In this document: positions 27,104 through 39,797 of the stretch, in pieces
How the letters are laid out: each line of letters starts with the position of its first letter
How positions within the stretch are numbered: the first letter of the stretch is position 1
Origin: Daphnia carinata
Taxonomy: Eukaryota
DNA: 64,000 bases
Direction of reading: 5' to 3'
Assembly: GCF_022539665.2 (NCBI RefSeq)
Contig: NC_081331.1
Coordinates: 3,534,001-3,598,000 of the forward strand
Program-made: the position numbers and the translations under genes
Notes under the pieces: generated by a model
Told to the model about the DNA's origin: nothing
The model's input: the letters and a program-made list of their open reading frames with translations, nothing else
Database searches by the model: none

Positions 27104-27109
27104 TTTATT
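27104..27109 (-). terminator. Possible polyadenylation signal (AATAAA) for the dpr mRNA, about 1.2 kb after the stop
   Basis: tttatt on the plus strand. Motif only, and common by chance in AT-rich DNA. Confidence 0.2.
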
Positions 27110-28303
27110 GTCTATATGTCTTTACTCTAGATCTTTTGCTTCTGCTCTAGATTCCAACTTGCCGGGAGATGACACAACTGCTTGTCTCCCTCCTACAGTC
27201 ATGGCTTTGTCATTTTGCCAACTCCAGGGCGGATACTATAGATTTTTTTTTTTTAAATACGGATCCGGATCCTTATCCATTTACTCCACATCAACCTTCT
27301 TCACTTTTTTTTTGTTCTCTCCTTTTCCTTGTTTTCTGTTTCCCTTTCTCTTTTATCCGGTTTGAATCAACCGCCTTTTCCTCAACCGTGGGTGTTTAGG
27401 CTTCTCTACAAAATGCCGAAAAGAGTGGAAAATGGATTTTGTCGGCGTATATAGACACACCACGTACGTATACACAGTATTATATGGACACCCACAAATC
27501 GAACGAGGATTCAGATCGACGTTTTTTTTTTGTTATTCTACCGATAGAAGCATATGGCGGATATAATAATACTAAGCCAGCAAAAAGGAAGGTGAACAAA
27601 AAAAGGGTTTTCAAAAATGAAAGAAGGAAAGAGAACAGAGGAAACAGAAATGTGCTTGCTTCAACGAAATCAAGAACAATAGCAATGTTCTCTGTTACGC
27701 AATGCACAGAGAGAAAGAGAGGAATGCAAAGAGAGCCGATAGAAAAGCAAAGACACAAGATATTCTTACACAAAATGAGGTGCACATGGGTGACATAGTC
27801 GTATCAATAACTTTCAAACATGGGCTGTCGAATCAAGTAATGGGATGGCAATATTCACATGCGAAACAGAAATCGACTGGTGTTTTGTTGATGCAATCAG
27901 TGTGGTCTACCATCGACTGGATTTTCAGCTTCTTCCAAAATAACTGTCAGCAAAACCGCAGGACATGGACGTGGAAACATTTTGTATACAACAAATTACG
28001 TTATGTACATACACACATTTGTTTAGGTCATGATTCTATAAAGTAGGACTTTTTGGGGAGGTGATGTTAATCACACGTCAGATTATAATTTTTTTTCTTT
28101 TCACCAGTGAAACGCGGATTCACGTTATCGTAGTATATTTCGTGCGAGTGAAGAGACCCCACATTACAAACTTGATGCCCCGTGCGGAACACAAAAGAGA
28201 CAAAGTAGAAACCGAACGAGAAACGCATCAGGCGACTGTTGCAGATGGGCAACCGTTGACAGCAGTCACTGGCATTTGGTATGAAAACTGATGACCATCC
28301 ATC

Positions 28304-28449
28304 TTACGTGACACCGTAGATGAACGACCAGATATTTCTTTGGGTCTTGACGTTGGTTGCTACCGCCATGGCAACTGACAAGAAGAACAGGACCGTCGAA
28401 CTCAGTTGCCGGGCGCTGCATCCATGCTGCATGGCTGCAGGAGATTCGC
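28304..28449 (-). CDS. dpr: Dpr exon 7 (terminal): GESPAAMQHGCSARQLSSTVLFFLSVAMAVATNVKTQRNIWSFIYGVT*
   Basis: Acceptor gtatgtttcag|GC completes Gly after phase 1. GExPAAMQ is the usual motif after Dpr Ig2, followed by a hydrophobic segment and TAA at 28306-28304. Absent from the ORF track. Confidence 0.9.
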
Positions 28450-30028
28450 CTGAAACATACACAACAATCCAGTTTTCAATAGATCATAAATAAACGATGT
28501 TCACACGTCCGTTCATCCGGATAGTCTCTTGTACGTCTCTGTGGTTAAAACATACGGTAGGTATTCTCACTGCCATCGCGAAACGGAACTAGCAGCTCGA
28601 CCAATCCAAACAATTATTTTAATACCAGGTGTAGCCTTGGTTACCACTAGATTTGTAGATTAAGCCGGCCGGAAACTGATGCATTTCGAGCTTCAATGAA
28701 GGCGCGCTCTTGACAATTAACAATCCTTAAAGCCCCGCGTGATCTCAAATTCTCTCGCTTACATGCTGTTTACCCCAGGAGAGATTTCGTCTTTCATTTC
28801 TGACATTTTCACCCAGTTTGTTACCCAATTAAGGTTGAATTTCCGGTCTGAGAACGGCTTGTACACGCTATGAATGCCTATTCGCAGTGCAGGCTAGGAA
28901 TCTTGATGAATCCTTAGATGAAGCATATGGTCATTCGTGTATGTCGAAGTAAGCTTCTAAGCGAGGAACATAGTTTCTCGAAGGTATGCGCATCTCCGGA
29001 GGAAATGAGCCAATTTGTTTCTGGTGGCCTTCGTTAGTCTACGTGCAAAAATTGTGGAAAGATGGGACCCGTGCAGTTCAACCTGCGACGGGTATGGGAG
29101 AACAGAAAATCAACTTAGAAAATTCAAATGTCTCAACCTTCTACTTTTTGGTAGCACATGATGGCCATTTAACTGACGCAATCCACTTATTTGGTGCATG
29201 ATAACACGTCGCCTGTCGAATAACTCAACGCGTAAAAAAAGAAGGAATTGGTGAAACGTAGAAGATGTGGCTTCTTTCAGGGTTGCGCTGAATCCCACGC
29301 TCAACCAAACTCCAATCGTATTAACACGTCGAGCAGAGCTTCATTACATCGAAATTTTCTAGGCCTTTAAAGGAAAACAAAGTAGCGCTGTCAATTGGCG
29401 GTAGAGCAGAAGGTTTCAACTGAATGATTCTCAAGCAGTACGAACAAGAAGGAAAAAAGTCAATGAGATGCTTTATCGATTTGCAAACAGGTCACCCACA
29501 CGATGCTACTAATCCTCTTATTTGTAGTCCGTGCTTTGTCGACGAGTTTCCTAGGGTTGTTGAATAGCTAAAGTAATGGCAAACGCATTAAAAATTGGTT
29601 GAACAAATTCATGCAATCCGCTAAAGTATAGCTGCGTCGTGCAAATGGTCTTGAGCTGACGGTTGCTATAAATCATCTTTTCCGAGCAGAACGACTGGTT
29701 CTTGAAGGGCGCTAATATGCCTGTTACCAATTGTTGATTTTATTCTTAACTAGCATTAAAACAGTCAACGATCAAACAGATGCACGACCGATCTCCCTTG
29801 GTTATTACCATACAATAGTCGTTCCATTATTTTCCGCGATTCGATACTACTGATTTGAGAGCGTCAGACTGGACTACGAAACGCCCATTTTTTTTTTTTT
29901 GTTGACAACTCCTTTTGCCTGTTTTATTTCAATAATTCTAAAGAGATCCTGTGTAGCAACAATAACACTAATATCCTATTCAGAATAACCGGTCAAATTA
30001 GGAAGGTTGTGTTTCATAAACTTTCAAG

Positions 30029-30333
30029 TCAAAATTTTATGCCCGACAAAACAAGCCCGACTTTTTGTGTTTTTTTTTTTTTTGTTTTTTTTACGTATGC
30101 ATTGCTATACAAATACATTTTAGAGCCCCAAAATTTTAAGAGGATGTCATAAATCAAGTTCGTTTTGATTTGGGATTTATAGTTTATGAGTTATTCAAAT
30201 TCAAAGGGATTGCGATAAAACTACTTTGATTCCGTTTTATTCAACAACTGCGCAATTGAAGATTAAAAAATTAAAGAAGGATCATGATAATGAATGTCGT
30301 TTCTACCTGAAGCTTGTCGTTTTTGAGTTATTC
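30029..30333 (+). repeat. Dispersed copy of the same AT-rich module family in dpr intron 6
   Basis: tcaaaattttatgcccgacaaaacaagcccgacttttt (30029-30066) matches the head of the 49900 copy. aaatcaagttc (30151) matches the reverse complement of the 49435 copy. A second sub-unit also ends in gagttattc (about 30325-30333). Confidence 0.6.
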
Positions 30334-32740
30334 GAAGTTGTGTCGTGCTTTTAACCCATTCCGCTACACTGCAATGAGAACTGGAGCTGGACATATTGAC
30401 GCGTTACACTAAAATCTAAATAGAAATGAAGCAGGGAAACCCAGGAGGACGATAGGTCGTGAGTGCTAGCTTCCTTTCTTCATCATCCGTTTCCTATTAT
30501 GCAGGCTATTAGATGCAGATTTATGAAGGCCGTAATTCAACGGGCGAGTGGACGTCATTGGGATTGGAGTATGTGCGTCACAATGGCTTCTAATCAGCAA
30601 CGACTCACCAGCAACCACTAGTCGTGTATGAAAGCGGCTGGGTCAGGATTCACCCAGTTGAAAACTAATTAAATTCAATGTCGGCATAAGGGAGGCAAAA
30701 AAAGGGGGAGACTTTGAAAAAAGGGAAAAGTTTATTTTGGATGGCAGTGATAAACCCTTAATGAAATTTCAAAACTCTTTGTTGCCGTTTAAATCTTAAC
30801 AACCAAATTGAATTGCAACCGGAATGCGTCGTGGAACTGAGAATATTCAATCAGCCCAACTTTGCGCACTTATCGTGCCAGTTAAATATTTAAGATTTGA
30901 TGCGTATTGCTCTTTTGTGCGTACTTCTTATGTTGATGAAACGTACCCTATACCAATCTAAACGATGCAAAAGTACTAATGAGAACGGAGAAATCAGGTT
31001 AATTCACTGAGGATAACGGTTGGCAACGTATGGCTGTAAGTGATTTTCCTCCCAATCGCAGTTAATCTTAAAAGGTATACCCAATGGCATCGAGTCTCTT
31101 CATCTCATCACCAACCGAACAGGCAAAAAAATGACAAAAGAAATGTTAACAAAGAAAAGAGAGTGGTTACAACACACAGGAGGACCGAGTACGTTATAGT
31201 TTGACTCCGTCGATATACTAGCTCAGGTTTTCCTTGATTGTTTCATGCAACAAAGTCATCGTGTACCCCACCCGAGTTCGATGAAATGGAGCTGGAAATT
31301 TGTGTTTACGCGACAGTTTCAACCGACGAGGAAATTACAGGCGGAATGAGAATAATCAAAATCATCTCAGATTTCCAGTAGAGAAATGTTTGTAACGAAT
31401 CTTCTCGACAATTGCCTGTCTCTTGGGCCCTGACACCCAACCCCAAGAAGAGATAACTTTATCCCCTGCATAAATTGTGGTAAAATAAAACAAACGAAGA
31501 AAACTGACATGACGAAAAATCGATTATTCGAATTTGTAGAAACTCAGAATCGGAGCAAATGTGATTCTTTTATTCTTGTCGCAAACTTTTCTTTTACCGG
31601 TGAGCATACACAAAAAGCTTGATAAAGGATTTCTTAGAAGTTCGTTCATGAGTAATGGCAAAAGATTTAAAAAACGACAACGCCATGGCGGTTAAAGTAC
31701 ACAATCGATCCCGGCTGTACTTTTTACTTTCTAATTTAAGGGTGAAATTTTTGCTTGGTTGCGTACTAGGCAACCAGCTGAACTCCAACGTTAAATTCTC
31801 TTAGATATAGCTGATTTCTGGGAGCACAATCAGTGATGAACGTGTAGCGGTTGTTATACTAAACACGACAACAATCACAAAAATCATACATCGTTGTGTT
31901 TGTATTCCCCAATTGTTGAGACATACCCACCCCAATTTTTTTTCCTTGCTCTTGCCCCTGTAATTTCAGGATGCTCTCGTATTGATTGGCTTGCACTTTT
32001 CCGTTTTCGTCAGAAGAGGCCCACGCAGAGAAAAGCTGGGCAACAAGAATACAAAAGGCTTTGTTTCTCTTGTATGTCATGAAGTCGAGCAGTGTCGTAA
32101 AAACCACAAATTTATTAAACTCTAATCATAATAATTGAATGATGAAAATGATCATGTATGTGGGGGGAAAAATTGCCTTTGATATGGAACATTTTTGTTA
32201 GTTCGTAAGCGTGTGTTCACGAATGAAAACGGCGAGCTGAACGATGTTTCAAACTTTGGTCAACTCTTTAGCCTTTCTAATGGGCAATCTACAAAGTAAG
32301 TTGACTCCTATGCTAGCTCTTTTCGGTACATTCTCTTTTCTCAGCCTGACGCCTTTCGCCCATACCGTCTTCGACTTCCGTCACGCTAATTAGTCGTCTA
32401 TTTTTGGCATCTTGAATTCATTAAGGGAATTATTTGAGCCACTTTGAAGGCCACCTACAAGAAATGAGATAGTTGCATAGCTATGGCAACAACTACAATA
32501 CCTTATTTGCCAACACGCTAACTAATTTACTGCTCTATCTGATCAATATGAATTCTGTCCTGTTAGACGTCCTGCGATTGTTTACACAGTGACAACACGT
32601 CAATTTCGCAGCCAGTTCATCGGGTCAACAAATTCAGGAAGCTGATACCTGACCGTTTTCTTTGCTGGGTACATCAGATGCGAAAAACTAATGAAAAAAG
32701 TCAGCAATGTGTACTTAAAAAACACAAAATAAATGCTTAC

Positions 32741-32909
32741 CGTTGAGGACGTGGACGTTCACGGTGGCCGGCTCGGCGTTGTCGGGTCTGCAAACATATT
32801 TCCCCGAGTCCGTTGGCCGAGCGTTTTGAATCAGAAGAGAACTGCTCGACTCGATGCCCTTTTCCGTGACGACGCTGACTCCTCCTCGACTGGAATCGTA
32901 GCCGATCAT
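32741..32909 (-). CDS. dpr: Dpr exon 6: second half of Ig2 (MIGYDSSRGGVSVVTEKGIESSSSLLIQNARPTDSGKYVCRPDNAEPATVNVHVLN)
   Basis: Acceptor cattttacag|, donor G|gtaagc. 169 nt, phase 0 to 1. Has YDSxRGGVSVxTEKG and DSGKYxC motifs. Confidence 0.95.
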
Positions 32910-35900
32910 CTGTAAAATGCATCATAAGAAATGCGTGTAGAAATCGAATGAAACTGTGCCTGCTATGTAAATATAATAAGAATTTGGAACGACGAGCTGT
33001 TAAAAATTAACACGATAGTGGAAATGTCCGTTTGGGTATAAGCTCGGCGGTATAAACGCAACAACGCGAACACCAATCAACGGTTAAAGCACAACAGAAT
33101 AGCTGCAAGGAAATCGTGTTCATGGTGGAAAACGAATCATTATATAACTCACGGTTCAAAAGACATTCTCATCTGCGTGTATACATGTTGCATCGAGCCT
33201 GCCGAACGCATAGCTCATTTGCGAGTGCAGGCTTGAGATGCCACACATAGTCTCCGGCCCCCCAAAGTCATTGTCGATATGACCAGTTGTGCTAGTTACT
33301 GTGTGGTATGTGTGCGATTGCTTCCTAGTTTGTTACCAGCCAGCGGATCAACTCCCGCAGGGGAATGATGAAATGAATAACTGGTACCGCGTCCAACTAT
33401 CTCTTCGCCTCCGACTGCAACTATACAGTACTTCTTGAACCTTTTGCCCCTCTCATTCCTCCACTGATTGTGCTTGAACAACATCGTCTTCACAGCAAAA
33501 GACCCAAGAGTGTGTGCCGGAGAAATAGGCGCAGTCAATCGCGTAGTATACAGAAATATAATGTTTTCAATACTAGAAAACAACGCAAGCCTCTCTTCGG
33601 TTGATTAGGGACTAGTTGGTGGCGTCAATTACTCCGCTTGGACTAACACATCACAACCTTCTCTTTCCTTTTTTTAGAGCTAACAAAGTTAAGCTACTGA
33701 CCAACCAACAGACAGCTCTTCATCCACTCGCTTTTTCTTAAAAATCGAAAGTAATCTAATCTGTAAAAAGCGAATATCTTTGTGTACAGTAGAAGAAAAA
33801 AAATAAATACTCATCAACATTTATTTTTGTTTGATTATTTGTTGTCCTATTCCGACGACCTCTTTCAGCCGCCTTTGGCCTGCAACTTATTGATTGATGG
33901 TGACTATGGGCTTATCTCGGCTATGCCTTTACTGCGTGCTTGCCTGCTAACTTGCTTCACCAAGTACAACAATGGATCAGAGATCCATGACAAGGAGTTG
34001 CTGTGGTTTTACACCTCGAGCCAAATTAATCTAGTTGCTTCAACTTTAAAAAAGTATACAGACAGATATTCTGGTGTATGAGCATCTTGTTCAGTTTAAT
34101 CACGACTCTTTCTATTTTTTTCTGTCCAACTTTAGCCGGTATTTTGACAGTCAGGTTGTTATTCAGCAGGTGCACTTTTTTTGCGCAACGAACCTAAACT
34201 TTGCACTTTTTCTTCTGACTTTTAAGAAGTAGCCTAAATATGGTGACTTTAAGAAAGGTCATTTGTGCCTTCCATAGTTTGCTGAATTTCATATTCGCCA
34301 AATAACACTCGGCCATCTATTTGAAAGATAAGTTTGGCTCTTTGACATGGTTACGCCTTACAGTAGAAGCGCGCCCATGTATAAGACAGACATCTCACTT
34401 TGGTCCGTTCTTTTCATTTCTTTGGACCAAAGTCCAAAGTCACCATGACCTCCCATCCAATATGTATGCACTTCACTCGTATTGCTACACTGCATGGGAT
34501 TGTGCATGAGGGGAAAGTCCAGATTTGGACACTATACGTACACCGTCAAGGATGAACTAGAGATAGACGAATAATAGATGACAATGGAGAGCAATACAAA
34601 AAAAAAATTGAAAAGAATGCAAGGAAGAAAAGAGTCAGACACGAGACAGAAATATGGCAACAACAGAAAAATGTACTGATATGCTATGGAGAAAGACTGA
34701 AGTTGGGCGGGGATGGCGAAAAAGCATCAAAAGTAAACGAATAAAATTTCGCCATGAAATCTTTTTGAAGCCTGCAGTTGCAATGCGCCGGGCATTTCCA
34801 GGAGGACACAAAACGTTCAGTGACGGTATAGGCGGTCATCCGTGACTGTGGATATATCTCCGTTGTTGGCGATTGATAACTTTCAGAATGTTCCCCGGAT
34901 GCCTCGATACTGTCCCTGCTTTTTTTTTCGTCTTCTTTTTCTTGCTTTTACTTCTGTTTCTTTTCTCGTCTTTCCTTTATACTGAATGGTTCTTTTTTAC
35001 ATTAAGCTAACGACACACTAGCAAAGCTGCGATGGGCAAAATCCGGCCGTTTTCTATCAAGTTAAAGAACACATTGCTGCACGGATCATTTCATCAAAGA
35101 TGGTATACATATATATGGACGGTTATGCAGCGGAAAGAACATTCGCGCTTCGGAGTAAGCCTTACGTCTACGGACAGCAAGCCATCCTTGACGAAATGAT
35201 AGCGAAAAATCGACTCAACAAATTCACGATGCCCCAAACTCAAGTGACATCCGCTTCGAATGGCGGCTATGGGCAAAACATTGCGATGGTATTCAATGGC
35301 GCTTAGTTGATAGGAGGATGTTGTCAAGTCACCCGATCGTCCCAGGGAGTAAAAGAATACGCGAAGAAAAAAAGGAAAGAACCTGTCCTTCGTTTCCCGT
35401 TTAGAGTCTATATATATATGCTTGTGCTGCCAATAACCTGCACGGCCAATAAAACCTTCCTTATAAAGACGTAGTTATTGTTATAATACTCTGTGCCCCG
35501 TGAGTAACACGATACGTTTGCACGTATGCGTCCGTGAGTACACAAATAGCTTAAAGGGGTTGATCGGTGAGTGATGGCAAGGACAACTTTTCCAGAAAAA
35601 GAAGCTGTGTCCTCTCTATACACAAGAAAAACAATTTTTCGCCGAGCCATGTTGCTGGGAGAGTTGTCAAGCAATCAAAGGATGCCAGTAAGACAGACGA
35701 ATAATTAGCTCAGAACGTCGAGTTATCCGGCACCTATCCGCTTAAAAGCACTGAAAACTCGAGTGCTATAAATAAAGGCCATCACTCGGCATCGCATTTG
35801 AGTTTGAGAAACTTGACATCGTCATCTCTATTGATTTAGACAATAGACGAGCGATGAAGGCGGTTATTAACCATCGCTTAGCAATGGCGAACTTTGATTT

Positions 35901-36787
35901 CTCCCTGTAAATTATCTTTTGTCTGTCAACAGAGACACCGACATGGAGACCAAGAACTCCAGTTTCTTGGTTATGGCAACTAGTTTTCGTATCACATTAA
36001 ACCGTACTTTCTTGCGCACCATCATTAAGTTTTTGCAACAGTTAGAGTTCATCATAGTTCAGTCCTAACAGTAAATCGTAGTTAGTCAATCATAGTTTTT
36101 AAAGTTGTACAATAGTTAGTTTACTGAAAAATAAATCATTTCTGCGAACTCTAGCCAGGAAAATGCGAAATAATTGGTTTCGTGAAACGCAGTACAATTG
36201 TCTGTAAGTCGCTGTATTCATATGACTCGACCAGTATTTTCTATACCGCCGTGTATTTCTTTGAACTTCCCTGTTCTGCCGATGGTTCTCATCTTTATCT
36301 TCTTTTACGGCATCCAATGATCTTCCTTGCTACTAATATACACGCTCTTTTTAATTATCCACCGTCTTTAATTACTGCAGGTGAATAGTTGATTATCTAT
36401 ACTAACTTTCCCGTGCTTAAAATGAACGAATCGAAACAAAGAAGAGCATAAAAACTTGTCGGTACATCTTCCTGTACGTATAAAAAAGTCAGAATATTGC
36501 TTTGCACTGGTACGTGTCCTAAGCTAAGAAACAGCATTACAAATGTGCATCTCACGCACCTAGAAAATTCTTTATTTAGATGCTGACGAGGCAGGCATCA
36601 CGTTCGGACAACAGACAATCTTGATCTCTAGCCCCCCAGTCAACGTTAATGGAGATAAACGAAATGTCATTATATATCCGCAAAGCGGACAGTCAGCCTA
36701 ATAACATATGGCTTTTTGAAAGCTTTGGCGAAATGAAAAAGAAAATAAATAAAGGAATATGTCCAGCAAGGAACGAGAAGGCCATAC

Positions 36788-36915
36788 TTGGTTATTGTGC
36801 TGCCAGCGGATGGAGTTTGGCGGCTCGGGGCTGAGTCGGATGACACAGGTCAAATTGATGGTACTGCCCATGCCAACGAAGACTTCGCTGCCGCCCAGGA
36901 CCGTCGTGCTAGGCT
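36788..36915 (-). CDS. dpr: Dpr exon 5: first half of Ig2 (EPSTTVLGGSEVFVGMGSTINLTCVIRLSPEPPNSIRWQHNNQ)
   Basis: Acceptor tttttcgtctttag|, donor CAA|gtatgg. 128 nt, phase 1 to 0. Has the GSTINLTC motif typical of Dpr Ig2. Confidence 0.95.
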
Positions 36916-39361
36916 CTAAAGACGAAAAAATAAAAAAGACATGGTCTATATAAACTGGAAAACTAAAAAAGAATTGGTTCATCTTGAAAAAGAAAGTATG
37001 TTTTTTAAAGTCAAAACATAGGACACAATATACATAAAAACATGTATATACTTTGCTGATAGGGAAATGGGCCAGTTTTGTACTCGTATCGACTATATGT
37101 CGTCTGATTATAGGTCTACTGTAACAAGAGCCTGACAAGACCCCAGATGAACAACTGTGGTGCCGTAACTTTACGTTAGAAATGGGCAAACTTTTTTTCG
37201 AGGCGAAAATAAAAAGATACTTCAAACTTTCAATCCAATGAAAAATGGAACACAAATTCAGCTGGACATGTAAGAGTTTCTTTCCTTCTCCACGCAATAC
37301 TACCACACTTTTAGAGGGTTTTTTTCATTTATTTTTCCTTTTCTTTTCTAAGGGAAATGAAGACGCGGGTCGAATAACTCAAATACGAGACGAGAACAGA
37401 GTGGAAAAGTTGCTGTATAGCCAACTCGTGGTGCATGTGAAATGTTGATGCCCCGCTCTCAGTTTACTGATTGGGGGTACGAAAAAGGTTAGACAAGCAA
37501 TACAACAGCGTCATGTGAGCGATTGCTCTGCCTTGTAACACACAGTGGTGGCTTGATAAGCTATCCACACACTGCTTAAGAAGGTCTGTGCTCTTCCATC
37601 TAGGCACCAGCGTCTATTGAAAGATCGATGGCCGTCTCTTTTCTCTTGACGCCATTGGCCTTATCTTTTAAGATCCTCGGGTCCACTGTCGTTTTTCAGG
37701 ATTCCTTTTTTTTTTACTTCAATTTTTCTTCCTCCATCATCCAATAGTTTTTCTTTGATGTTCGTTGGGTAGTTTTAAAAAGAAACACTTTTAACGGTGG
37801 AAATACAATAAGAAGAAATCCAGCAAATAGAGAACGGGCTACGAGAAACGTAGGCGTTGATTGAAAGAGGGGAAAGAGGGCCGAAGAGCGAATGCCGTCA
37901 TCACTTGGAAAGTTTCCACGCTCTTGGGCCTCGACCCAAAAAAAAGAGGACCCTTATATCTTATCACGATTCCGCATTATTTCTCTCGCCCTCCCTAACG
38001 TTCCTACGATCGTGATGATTATTATTCGTTGAACTATCAACTATTATGATGCCTCTTCTCGCGTTACTCGCCGGACGTTTTATAGACAGAAGCATAACAT
38101 GTCCCCGCACGTCTGTAAACAGAAAGAATAGTTTTACGTTGTGAAAGACAGACACATACGAGTCGTTCGCTTATTCACGACCGTCTTAATGAAATCACCG
38201 CATTCCGTTGAGTGTTTTTATAGCAAAGATATCTACGCGTAGAGATGTCCAACAGCCTCCCCAGTTTACTCCGCCGCGATTTCTTTTTTTTTTTTCAACA
38301 CAAATCGTGCTCTTGGCATGACTCGTAAAAAGAAAGGGTAAAATATCATTGACGACAGACGGATAATATGTGGTTATGCAGAGAGGCTATCTTCAAACAA
38401 ACGTGGAACGGACGGGGGCCTGTTAGAAGTGACGATCTTTGGTTACAGATGACGATGTGAACTAGGGCAGCAGAAGGGTTGCTTGGAGACGAAATCGATC
38501 GCCAGTTTTTACAAGAGAAAATTGATCTTAAATATTTCCTGCTTTTTTCTATATTTGAACAGGAGATGCTGCATGGGCTCCGATGTCATTGTTAGGGCCA
38601 AGAAATGAAAAAGCGAGTTCATAACGGGAGAAAAGAGTGAAACGAACGTTGAGAAAAGCTCAAAAGAAGTGTTGCTTATTCAAGTCGACGTCTCTGTGGT
38701 ATACAGGCGTCTTGTCATTGTTCAGCTGATGTGTCTATAGTACTTGGGCGTCCGGGCATCCTTTCAATGCCGCCTGCCTTTATGTGTGTCGAGGCTGTGG
38801 CAAGTGCATACATGCATAAAAACGAATCTAGTACGGTTGGTTTCAATACGTTTGACGACCACCAGCAACGTTGGTGGTTAAAAAGCTGTCGCTGACACAA
38901 TATCGTAGATCTTCTCGAATGTTCTTTATTTTTATTTTATCGACTGGTATCTTATTTGGGGTTTCTTCTAGTACAAAATTCGACAGCTTGAATGAGTCAG
39001 CTGATGGAAGCGAAACTGTGGTTGTTGGGAGAATATGACAAGAATGAAAAGAAAGCGATCGAGAAATTAGAGGACGGCGATTGAATCTCACTAGATTACG
39101 TTGAATATACTGGGCACTGATAGCCAATAGATCAGCAAACGTTCTAGCCTACTGGCTTCAAGTTTTCGGCTCTAAGCCCTCAGTGGTTGTGCAATATCTA
39201 TAGATTTGCTGTTATATGTCTAGACTATACATTACGACTGTACCGTTTCACCCGTGTAGTGAAAATATATACCCTATCACCCCATTGGGCTAAAATATAT
39301 ATCTCTTTAGGAAAAAACGAACAAAGGACGAGGACAAGTGACATTTGTAACAATCACTTAC

Positions 39362-39651
39362 CAACAACTCTGAGATGCACGAAAAGACTGCGATGCGGTG
39401 TCGTACTGATCTGGCATTCGTAGATGCCACTGTCACGCGGTTGGCTCGAGTGAATTTCCAAACCCCAATCTTGGTAAGTGTCTGTCAGACTTTCCAGATC
39501 GCTGTTGAGATGCTGCACTTGCTGTTTACTGCCATCGGATGTGGCGCCGGCTTGCGATGACGACGCAGGGGACTGCTCGCCAAAGTACGGCTTGTGCACC
39601 GCCCGGAATCGTTGATCCGAAGAGTACGTATAGCCAGCCACCGTTAACAAG
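39362..39651 (-). CDS. dpr: Dpr exon 4: rest of Ig1 ((S)LLTVAGYTYSSDQRF...DWGLEIHSSQPRDSGIYECQISTTPHRSLFVHLRVV)
   Basis: Acceptor catatcag|C completes AGC (Ser); donor G|gtaagt. 290 nt, phase 2 to 1. Has the DSGxYECQ Ig motif. Confidence 0.94.
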
Positions 39652-39768
39652 CTGATATGCGTCATGTAGTTGGCGATGGTAAGGCAATACAATATAAAAA
39701 GAAAAGGACAGAAGAAAACGTTATTTTTGCACGTTACGCGTTAGCAGTTATGCCAACAATAGTCGTAC

Positions 39769-39797
39769 CTGACGTCACGGTGGCGTACCCAGGAAAC
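39769..39797 (-). CDS. dpr: Dpr exon 3: 29-nt micro-exon VSWVRHRDV(S)
   Basis: Acceptor ttttcaatag|, donor CAG|gtacga. Encodes the hallmark VSWVRHRD C-strand. Phase 0 to 2. Absent from the ORF track. Confidence 0.93.

Noticed and set aside
36698..37306. 202-aa ORF, the longest in the track
   Set aside because: Only 36915-36788 is coding (dpr exon 5). The rest is intronic read-through with F/I-rich composition.
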